A stretch of DNA of 37,120 nt from Planctomycetota bacterium. GTDB taxonomy: Bacteria > Planctomycetota > Phycisphaerae > Phycisphaerales > SM1A02. The translations under genes and the position numbers were made by a program. Where the stretch lies: NCBI GenBank assembly GCA_014381385.1, contig JACNLR010000214.1, positions 1 to 37,120 of the forward strand, written 5' to 3'. Below, in pieces: positions 17,619 to 25,013 of the stretch. Under the pieces are notes generated by a model. The model was not told the origin of the DNA, did no database searches, and was given only the letters and a program-made list of their open reading frames with translations. The first letter of the stretch is position 1. Every line of letters begins with the position of its first letter.

Positions 17619-18632
17619 TTACTGATTGTAAAGGTACATGAGTTTTGGCATTGAGATTTCTTGCAGCATCGACTGGAGGTCAGATGCAGAAAGATCTCTT
17701 GATTGAACGCCAAGAAGACCACCAAACGAAGGTGTAGCGCGAGAATAGTGAATGACTGTTGGGTCAGCATTGGTCAAACCAGATCGTTGTTCTGCAATAA
17801 GAATAGCATCGTCAAGATATCCGATTCCATCTATTAATCCATTACTGAGAGCTTGTTGCGCTGTGTACGCTGATCCATTTGCAACGGACTCTAGTTTTTT
17901 GGCATCTATAACATTTGCTCTCCCCTCTTGTACGCGACTGAAAAAGACTTCGTACATTGCGTTGAGAATACTCGTAACTTTTTGCTTGTCTTTGACTGTC
18001 CAGTTTCGATACACATCATTTGCTACAGATTTTTCAGGTGAATCTTTTGCGATAAGCGTAACGGGCTTGATGCCTATTTTTGCGAGAAGATCCTGAAAGG
18101 TCATTACGTTTGCAATAACACCAATCGAACCAGTTATCGTTGTTTCTTGTGCGACGATATGATCAGCGTTACATGAAATATAGTAGCCGCCCGATGCTGC
18201 AACACTACCGTAGCTTGCAACTAGTGGTAACTTCGCATCTTTAAGTCGCTGCACGTTATGCCAGATTTCATCCGAAGCAGTTACGCCGCCGCCCGGTGAA
18301 TCAACCCGAAGAACTACGGATCGGATATTTTTGTTCTCTAAAATTTTGGTGATTGCTCTTTCTGCGTAGGCGGCATTGCCATCGTCAATTACTCCAGAAA
18401 TATTTAAGACCGCAATTGTAGAGCTGCCACCATCGTGAGAGATGTGTGAACTAACAGGTCCGTTTTCCTGAGAAGCTGCAGCAAATCCTGATACGCCAGC
18501 AATAATACCGACGAGGAATACTATGAGAAAAATAAACATAGCGGCAAGGAAGGCGACAAACGTCTTAAACCCTCCCGTTGTAGCAACCACTTTTAGGGTT
18601 GTTTGTTTTGAACTATCTGCTGTAGATTCCAT
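17619..18632 (-). CDS. sppA: Signal peptide peptidase SppA (36K type)
   Basis: 337-aa ORF with an N-terminal TM helix, VLRVDSPGGGVTASDEI, the catalytic Ser region AASGGYYISC and TGSIGV. Confidence 0.9.
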   Translation of the reverse strand: MESTADSSKQTTLKVVATTGGFKTFVAFLAAMFIFLIVFLVGIIAGVSGFAAASQENGPVSSHISHDGGSSTIAVLNISGVIDDGNAAYAERAITKILENKNIRSVVLRVDSPGGGVTASDEIWHNVQRLKDAKLPLVASYGSVAASGGYYISCNADHIVAQETTITGSIGVIANVMTFQDLLAKIGIKPVTLIAKDSPEKSVANDVYRNWTVKDKQKVTSILNAMYEVFFSRVQEGRANVIDAKKLESVANGSAYTAQQALSNGLIDGIGYLDDAILIAEQRSGLTNADPTVIHYSRATPSFGGLLGVQSRDLSASDLQSMLQEISMPKLMYLYNQ

Positions 18633-18656
18633 TTTCTTTTCTCCAATCGACTTGTC

Positions 18657-18702
18657 ATTGTAATGTTGTTTGTATTCAAACCAAGAATTACTGCGGTAAT
18701 TC
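18657..18702 (-). promoter_or_regulatory. Candidate sppA promoter with an adjacent 7-4-7 palindrome
   Basis: On the minus strand, TACAAT (plus 18657-18662) and TTGGTT (plus 18679-18684) are separated by a 16-nt spacer. The perfect palindrome GAATTAC-tgcg-GTAATTC (18685-18702) abuts the -35 element. A GGAG Shine-Dalgarno precedes the ATG. Confidence 0.4.
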
Positions 18703-18762
18703 GTTCATTTTTCTTTTGGGACACATTCGCTTGCGCTACCATCAAAAAACCTCAATTACTAT

Positions 18763-18863
18763 TCTCCTCTGAGACTTTTTAAAGCCCAAAAATCGCCTCT
18801 GAGACTTTTTGGAGCTCCTTAGAGCCGTTTTTCGAAATTGTAAAAAAAAAGTCTCAGAGGAGA
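18763..18863. repeat. Three-copy 15-18 nt repeat (two direct copies, one inverted)
   Basis: CCTCTGAGACTTTTT occurs at 18766-18780 and 18796-18810, and its exact reverse complement at 18846-18860. The outer pair extends to a perfect 18-bp inverted repeat (18763-18780 with 18846-18863). The palindromes GGAGCTCC (18811-18818) and TTTCGAAA (18830-18837) lie between the copies. Confidence 0.9.
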
Positions 18864-18867
18864 AATG

Positions 18868-19479
18868 TTATTTATTAATGACGATGGTGGCGTCGTGCCC
18901 ATCTAAATAGGATTGGGTGAACTGGACTTTTGGTGAGAGTTGTAGACTTTTTGAAATCCATGCAATCGTATCGAATCGAGAAGCGGGTGCCAAATCCTCC
19001 TCTTTTGGATTACGTCCAGATTGGTTTGAGAGGAAATTACAAGCTATACCTTTAGCTGCACGCGTAAAGGCAGTTTCTATAAGTGCCATCGCTACATCCT
19101 CGTCCATCGCGTTTAATGTCCCAGAAAAGGTTATCCAATCGTACCCGACCAGAGCGTCTGTATTGTGCACAATATCAACAGTTTCAAACGTTGACCGAGG
19201 CAACGCGCGGTCGTTTGCCGTTTCAATCATTTCCGGCATAGCATCGATGCCGTGGAACGAACCAAATGCCACGTTTGCAGAGGTTAAGTATTCTGAAAAA
19301 TCTCCAATACCGCAACCAACGTCAAGAATAGTCGAGTTCGTAAAATCAGCCAACATGCAAAAGGTTTTAAATCGAAGGATTTGCCCTTCCTTCGATTGCC
19401 AAAGAGTGGCGTCAAACGTTCCACCGTGGGCTGCAATAGCGTCATGGTAAGGTTTTAAATAATCCGGGACATTTGACAC
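18868..19479 (-). CDS. Class I SAM-dependent methyltransferase
   Basis: 203-aa ORF with the SAM-binding motif I ILDVGCGIGDFSEYL. The substrate is not inferable. Confidence 0.8.
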   Translation of the reverse strand: MSNVPDYLKPYHDAIAAHGGTFDATLWQSKEGQILRFKTFCMLADFTNSTILDVGCGIGDFSEYLTSANVAFGSFHGIDAMPEMIETANDRALPRSTFETVDIVHNTDALVGYDWITFSGTLNAMDEDVAMALIETAFTRAAKGIACNFLSNQSGRNPKEEDLAPASRFDTIAWISKSLQLSPKVQFTQSYLDGHDATIVINK

Positions 19480-19482
19480 AAC

Positions 19483-20211
19483 TTAATTACGTTGACGAGA
19501 AAGTCGTGTGTGCATTGGCATGAGTAGTTGCGAGATTGCTTCAAAAAGTCGATCGGTGAGTCGTACGTAATCCGCGAAATTTTTGACGGTGTCGTCTTTG
19601 ACTGCAGCGCTTGAGATACCTGCTTGATCGAGTTGCTCTTTATCATCAAGAATCCATGATTCAATTCTTTCTGCGGTACATTCGGGGTGGAACTGTACAG
19701 CGTACGTACTGATTCCCTTCATCCATGCTTGTACGCCGCACCGATCACTAGATGCTAAGAGCGTTGCACCTTCAGGTAGTTTGCTCACTTCCCAGTGGTG
19801 CCAGTGAAATTGAGGTCCATCCCATGGTTGCCCAGAAAGAATAAAGTCGGCATATCCCACGGCTGTTAAACGTACATCGTACCAACCCATCTCAGGTTGC
19901 TCGCAACGTGCAAGTTCGCCGCCCAATGCCCTTGCTAGAAGTTGGCTTCCTAAACACATGCCAAAGACCGGTAATTCAAGCGCATCAGCAGTCCGAAGGA
20001 GTGCAAGTTCTTGTTCAACCCATGGCTCGTTACTATCTGGGTCTTGTGGACCACCGCAACTGATTACGCCATCAATCTCATCAAGATCGCCGGGCAACTT
20101 CTCGCCAAGATGGACTCGAACTACAAGCAGTCGGTGACCATCTTCAAGTAGACGTTGCCCGAGTCTGTCTGAGCCTGTTAATTCACTGTGTTCAATAATG
20201 AGGATAGCCAT
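19483..20211 (-). CDS. Class I glutamine amidotransferase (GMP-synthase-like GATase1 domain protein)
   Basis: 242-aa ORF with the nucleophile elbow GMCLGSQLLARALGG and QFHPE (His/Glu of the triad). Confidence 0.85.
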   Translation of the reverse strand: MAILIIEHSELTGSDRLGQRLLEDGHRLLVVRVHLGEKLPGDLDEIDGVISCGGPQDPDSNEPWVEQELALLRTADALELPVFGMCLGSQLLARALGGELARCEQPEMGWYDVRLTAVGYADFILSGQPWDGPQFHWHHWEVSKLPEGATLLASSDRCGVQAWMKGISTYAVQFHPECTAERIESWILDDKEQLDQAGISSAAVKDDTVKNFADYVRLTDRLFEAISQLLMPMHTRLSRQRN

Positions 20212-20222
20212 GTATGTATTCT

Positions 20223-22154
20223 TTACTCTGTTGTAGCCAGTGGTATTTCAATTTCATGTGTGCTTAGAATCCGAGAAGCGACTGCCGCAATACCAGCAGA
20301 ATCAATTCCGGCTTCTTGGAGTTGTTCCCTGCGAGAACCGTGTCCAATCCACCGGTCAGGCAAACCAAGAATTGTAATCAAAGTCGTGTCAAGTTTTCGT
20401 TTTGCTGCTTCTTCAAGCACAGCCGAACCAAAGCCTCCAATTGCGGAGTGATCCTCAAGAGTGATGATCGGTATTTCGTTGCGCAATAAATGCTCGATGA
20501 GTTCGCCATCGACGGGTTTTGCAAAGCGAGCGTCGTATACATCTATGGCATCCGCATCTACACGTTCGGCTGCTAAAAGTGCATCAAGTGCGGTTGTGCC
20601 ATAGCCAAGAATGGCAAGTTTTGGCGCAGATGTTTTTCGTAACGGGTTCGCCTTGCCAAGTTTGAAAGCCGGACATGTTCTTGTTGTTTCTTGTACTGCA
20701 TCTCGCGGGTAGCGCACTGCTGAAAGCCCATCGTCGTAGTGCGCCATGAACGCCATCGCCTCGCGGAGCGAATCCTCATCAATCGCTGCCATGATGACGG
20801 TGTTTGGTAAAACGCGAAGCATAGAAATGTCGCAGAAGCCATGGTGAACTGCACCGTCACCTCCGACAACGCCCGCGCGATCAAGACAAAGTCGAACAGG
20901 TAGACCTTGCAACGTAACTTCTTGGAATAACTGATCAAACGCGCGTTGTAGAAAAGTTGAATACACAGCGAAAAATGGTTTGTATCCAGTCTTTGCTAAT
21001 CCAGCCAGCATGTCCATCGTATGCGACTCACAAATCCCAGTGTCCCATGCACGATTTGAGAATTTTTCAATTGCCGCAGTTGTACCAGTTCCATCTGGCA
21101 TTGCTGCAGTTGCTGCAACAACTTTGTCATCCTTTTCCATCAGGTCGCAAAGTGCATCGGAAAATGCAGCAGTAAAACTCCGACCAGAGGGTTGCATTTC
21201 AACGCATGTGTTTTTTACTGCGAATGGTTTGGGCGAATGGAAGGTAGTTGCATTTTTCTCTGCAAACTCGAAACCTTTGCCCTTGATGGTATGGGCGTGG
21301 AGTAAGAGTGGTCGGTCGACTTCACGCACTTCGATAAGCATCTCAATGAGTGAAGCAAGGTCGTGCCCGTCAACTGGACCGACCGACAGTAATCCAAAGT
21401 GTTCAAACCAAGAATCTTCAAAGACCGCGTCTTTCAACATCTCCGTCATTCGATGCGACATGTCTTCAAGCATGGAACCGCCAGGCAATTTACCCATGAC
21501 GTTTTTAGCAGCTTTTTTCATAGAGCGATACGTTGAGCCTACACGTAACTTGTCAAAGTAATCTGCAATCGCACCTTGGGGATTTGCAATGCTCATGTTG
21601 TTATCATTGAGGACGACAAGAAATTGACGTTTTAGAGTGCCAGCGTTATTGAGACCCTCCATCGCAACGCCATTGACGATGGATGCGTCACCAACAAATG
21701 CAACAACACGCCTTCCATCGTTGCTCACAATTGGATCGTACGCTTCACCACTGAGTTTATCACCGCGGGCCATACCAACAGCAGTTGAAATCGCCGTCCC
21801 CGCATGACCAACCGCGAACAAATCAAACGGTGACTCATCCGGAGCGGGAAATCCCGACATGCCGCCCCGTTGTCGAAGTTTTCCAAGAAGGTGTTGCCTT
21901 CCGGTGAGGAGTTTATGTGTATAGCATTGGTGCCCTACATCAAACAAAAGTCTGTCATTTGAAAAATCAAAGACGTAGTGCAACGCAATCATGAGTTCCA
22001 CAACGCCCAAATTTGGCGCTAAGTGACCGCCGCTTTTTTTTACTTGTTCGCAAATTGCATGGCGAATTTCAATAGCGAGTTTTGGCAAGTCTGCTATCGA
22101 TATTTTTTTTAGGTCTGCGGGTGATTCAATTGTAGAAAGGAATTCTGTTTGCAT
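20223..22154 (-). CDS. dxs: 1-deoxy-D-xylulose-5-phosphate synthase
   Basis: 643-aa ORF with GGHLAPNLGVVEL, DVGHQCYTHKLLTGR, the ThDP motif GDASIVNGVAMEGLNNAG and a transketolase-like C-terminal half. Confidence 0.95.
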   Translation of the reverse strand: MQTEFLSTIESPADLKKISIADLPKLAIEIRHAICEQVKKSGGHLAPNLGVVELMIALHYVFDFSNDRLLFDVGHQCYTHKLLTGRQHLLGKLRQRGGMSGFPAPDESPFDLFAVGHAGTAISTAVGMARGDKLSGEAYDPIVSNDGRRVVAFVGDASIVNGVAMEGLNNAGTLKRQFLVVLNDNNMSIANPQGAIADYFDKLRVGSTYRSMKKAAKNVMGKLPGGSMLEDMSHRMTEMLKDAVFEDSWFEHFGLLSVGPVDGHDLASLIEMLIEVREVDRPLLLHAHTIKGKGFEFAEKNATTFHSPKPFAVKNTCVEMQPSGRSFTAAFSDALCDLMEKDDKVVAATAAMPDGTGTTAAIEKFSNRAWDTGICESHTMDMLAGLAKTGYKPFFAVYSTFLQRAFDQLFQEVTLQGLPVRLCLDRAGVVGGDGAVHHGFCDISMLRVLPNTVIMAAIDEDSLREAMAFMAHYDDGLSAVRYPRDAVQETTRTCPAFKLGKANPLRKTSAPKLAILGYGTTALDALLAAERVDADAIDVYDARFAKPVDGELIEHLLRNEIPIITLEDHSAIGGFGSAVLEEAAKRKLDTTLITILGLPDRWIGHGSRREQLQEAGIDSAGIAAVASRILSTHEIEIPLATTE

Positions 22155-22175
22155 CTTTGACAGCGTATTGTACGC

Positions 22176-23069
22176 TCAACGTGTCCTGTGAGCCATCCAA
22201 AGATTGAAAGATACGAGGGTTTCTGCGTCGCTTCCAAGCACACTAAGTGCAGATTCTGCTTGTTTTTGGAGTTCTTTGACAGCTTTTTTCGATTCTTCAA
22301 CACCAATTATGCCCGGATAAGTCGTTTTGCCCGCACCCGCATCTTTACCAGTTGCTTTGCCTACATGCTCTGGGGAGCCGTGTAAGTCGATGAGATCATC
22401 AACAATTTGAAACATCAACCCAATGGCACTACCAAAAGACGAAATAGCATCAAATGCACGCTCTGGAGCACTGGCGCAAATTGCTCCCATCTCACAAGCG
22501 CACTGGATGAGTGCGCCTGTTTTGTTTCGATGTATCTCTTCAAGTTGTTGCATCGGTGTTAGATGATCTGGAAGACCGCCAAGCGTGTCGTAAACTTGGC
22601 CGATGACCATATTGCTTGTAGCAGATGCAAGCACTTTCGTTAATCTTGCTTGTTGGTCAGCGTTGAATTGTTCGTTTGTCAATTGCGAAAATGCAAGAGG
22701 TAACAATAAATCACCGGCTAATAGAGCCATCGCTTCGCCAGATTTGATGTGTAACGTTGGCTTCCCACGACGAAGGTCATCGTTGTCAATCGCGGGTAAA
22801 TCATCGTGTACTAAACTAAAGCAGTGGATAAATTCAACAGCAATTGCTGCTGGCATAGCATCTTCGAATGTTCCACCGATTGCCTCACAGCATAGAAGCG
22901 TTAGCGCGGGGCGGACGCGTTTTCCGCCGTTCATCACTGCATACGTGGCTGATTCTTTGAGATTATCTGGTAGTGCGAGTGCTGTGAGGCGAGAATGCAG
23001 TTCAGATTCGATGTTTTTCGCGAGTTCTATAAGTTTAAGAGGTGGATTTGGGGATGAAAGTTGTGTCAC
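22176..23069 (-). CDS. ispA: (2E,6E)-farnesyl/geranylgeranyl diphosphate synthase (polyprenyl synthetase family)
   Basis: 297-aa ORF with GGKRVRP, the first DDxxD region LVHDDLPAIDNDDLRRGKPT and the second FQIVDDLID. GTG start at plus 23067-23069. It shows the classical ispA-dxs linkage. Confidence 0.9.
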   Translation of the reverse strand: MTQLSSPNPPLKLIELAKNIESELHSRLTALALPDNLKESATYAVMNGGKRVRPALTLLCCEAIGGTFEDAMPAAIAVEFIHCFSLVHDDLPAIDNDDLRRGKPTLHIKSGEAMALLAGDLLLPLAFSQLTNEQFNADQQARLTKVLASATSNMVIGQVYDTLGGLPDHLTPMQQLEEIHRNKTGALIQCACEMGAICASAPERAFDAISSFGSAIGLMFQIVDDLIDLHGSPEHVGKATGKDAGAGKTTYPGIIGVEESKKAVKELQKQAESALSVLGSDAETLVSFNLWMAHRTR

Positions 23070-23073
23070 AAAC

Positions 23074-23100
23074 AGATTGTATGTTCTAAACCTACAATCT
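23074..23100. promoter_or_regulatory. Perfect 8-bp inverted repeat whose arms are divergent TACAAT -10 boxes (ispA / exbB-like)
   Basis: AGATTGTA (23074-23081), an 11-nt spacer, then TACAATCT (23093-23100). On the plus strand TACAAT ends 6 nt before the ATG at 23105. On the minus strand TACAAT ends 6 nt before the GTG at 23069. Confidence 0.5.
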
Positions 23101-23104
23101 ACAC

Positions 23105-23719
23105 ATGCAAGAAGAAGTATTACAAGATCTCACCTCGATTTTCGAAAGAGGGGGCTACGTAATGATCCCACTCCTACTGTTGAGTGTGTTGAGTGTGGCC
23201 CTTATATTCGAGAGATGCTGGTTTTGGCTTTTCGCCGGCGGGAAAAATTCTTTACGTCGTCTTGACAAGTTGAACAGTGCATTCATGCATGGGGATATGG
23301 ATTCGGTCCGCAAAATGGTGAAGCGAGATTTTTCTCCACAAGGGATGGTCGCAAAACGAGTAGTTGATGATGGATCAAGCGATGCAGTTGCCATGGGCGC
23401 TGTAGAAATGCAGCGACCAAGAATCGATAGAAATATGGTTGCGCTTTCAACAATTATTACCGCCGCTCCTTTGCTTGGCATTTTGGGAACGGTGATTGGA
23501 ATTATTGATTCTTTCAATCTTCTGGGTGCAGAAGTTGTGTTAACAGACCCCGCAGATGTTGCTAGTGGTATTGCCTCTGCATTGTTGACGACAGCATTCG
23601 GATTAATTATTGCACTCGTAACGCTGTTCCCATATATGCTTTTTCGAGGTTGGTCTTCAAGTGCAATCGGCCGAATTGAAGCAATGATTGCAGCAGCGCA
23701 GCAAGGAGCAGCAAAATGA
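23105..23719 (+). CDS. MotA/TolQ/ExbB-family proton channel protein
   Basis: 204-aa ORF with three TM segments. The typical C-terminal block reads STIITAAPLLGILGTVIGIIDSF ... IASALLTTAFGLIIAL. Confidence 0.88.
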   Translation: MQEEVLQDLTSIFERGGYVMIPLLLLSVLSVALIFERCWFWLFAGGKNSLRRLDKLNSAFMHGDMDSVRKMVKRDFSPQGMVAKRVVDDGSSDAVAMGAVEMQRPRIDRNMVALSTIITAAPLLGILGTVIGIIDSFNLLGAEVVLTDPADVASGIASALLTTAFGLIIALVTLFPYMLFRGWSSSAIGRIEAMIAAAQQGAAK

Positions 23720-24990
23720 TTTTTACATTAACTACTATTTTCATTGCAACGACGATTCAAGAACCGCCTGAACAAGTTCCTTTAGAGACACCCTCATTGC
23801 AATGGATGCGAAAGACTACTGGCGATGAAGTCGTTGCAATTGATTTGGTTTCAAGACGATACGAAGCCGAGGGTAAACCAGATATTTGGCTAATAGGTGT
23901 TGCACACGTAGCCGAGGAATCCTTTTACGAAGAAGTTACAGAACTTCTTGACACGATGGATATCGTCTTATACGAATCCGTTCGCCCTAGCGGTTCCCGA
24001 CCTCCAAGTGGTAAGACAGAGGAAGAACGAGTTGCATCTACGCAGAAGTCACTGGAGTTTGTTGCTGACGTTGCAAAGCGTTGTGCAGAGGAATCTGATT
24101 TGATTCCAGAGTCTATGGATGATGTGATTGCAGATGCCTCTCTCATTGATCGGCGATTATCAAACTTCGTAGAAGATGCTTCAGTGGATGCATGGAGTAG
24201 ACCGTTTGTTTTGCAAGTGAATCCCGCCAAAAGCGAAATTATTATTTGGAGTTTTGGTTCCGATGGTGAAGTCGGCGGAACGGGAAGTGCAAGCGATTTA
24301 ACTGCAAGAAGGATTGTCAAAGTTCTTGAAGAGGGGGAATATTTTTCAGATGAGGAGGACAACGACAAAGGTATGCAAGAGGAATTTGCAGACGTTTTGG
24401 GGTTGGAGTTTCAACTCGATGCGCTTCCGTATGAAGAGCCAAACTGGTTCTGCAGTGATTTGACAATTGACGAGGTTCAAACAGAAATCAAAAAAAGAGG
24501 GGGGGACCCTGCAATTCTTGGAACAATAACTGGCGAATCATTCACAGCGAAAATTGCATCTGGTTTTTTGAAGCTCATACCGATGTTGGACTCATTTACA
24601 AAAGGCGGTGCTCGTGAAACCGCAAAGTTATTGATGATTGAGATTCTATCGATGCCAGAAAGCGAAGAAATGCTCGAAGGCGTGGAACCGGAATTAGCGC
24701 ATGTCATCATTGTGGATAGAAATACAGAAGTGCTAAAGGACATTGCAGCCACTATCGAAGTAGTTGAGAATGTTTCGACGATCGGTGTTCTTTATGGGGC
24801 TGGACATATGTCAGATTTATCGAACAGATTAGGCACACTACTGGGATATACACCTATTGAGGACAAGTGGTTTACTGCAATGCGCGTAAACCCAGCCGAT
24901 TCGCTACTCGACGAGAAATATATGCGGCAAATGCGCGCTATGTTAAAAATGCAATTGCATAACGCTAGGAAGAAAAAAGAAGATAAATAA
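23716..24990 (+). CDS. Membrane-anchored TraB/GumN-family protein with an inserted GspG-like domain
   Basis: 424-aa ORF that overlaps the exbB-like stop by ATGA, with AGGAG 7 nt upstream. It has an N-terminal hydrophobic segment. TraB/GumN motifs are IGVAHVAEESFYEEV, IVLYES, VDRNTEVL and YGAGHMSDL. The central segment DAWSRPFVLQVNPAKSEIIIWSFGSDGEVGGTGSASDL resembles the T2SS GspG C-terminal motif. Confidence 0.6.
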   Translation: MIFTLTTIFIATTIQEPPEQVPLETPSLQWMRKTTGDEVVAIDLVSRRYEAEGKPDIWLIGVAHVAEESFYEEVTELLDTMDIVLYESVRPSGSRPPSGKTEEERVASTQKSLEFVADVAKRCAEESDLIPESMDDVIADASLIDRRLSNFVEDASVDAWSRPFVLQVNPAKSEIIIWSFGSDGEVGGTGSASDLTARRIVKVLEEGEYFSDEEDNDKGMQEEFADVLGLEFQLDALPYEEPNWFCSDLTIDEVQTEIKKRGGDPAILGTITGESFTAKIASGFLKLIPMLDSFTKGGARETAKLLMIEILSMPESEEMLEGVEPELAHVIIVDRNTEVLKDIAATIEVVENVSTIGVLYGAGHMSDLSNRLGTLLGYTPIEDKWFTAMRVNPADSLLDEKYMRQMRAMLKMQLHNARKKKEDK

Positions 24991-25013
24991 ACCATAAAGG
25001 TTTTGAAACAAAG

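Noticed and set aside
18866-18907. A 13-codon plus-strand ORF (MLFINDDGGVVPI) follows the AGGAG within the repeat.
   Set aside because: The Shine-Dalgarno to ATG spacing is only 2 nt. The ORF is antisense to the methyltransferase C-terminus and too short to support.
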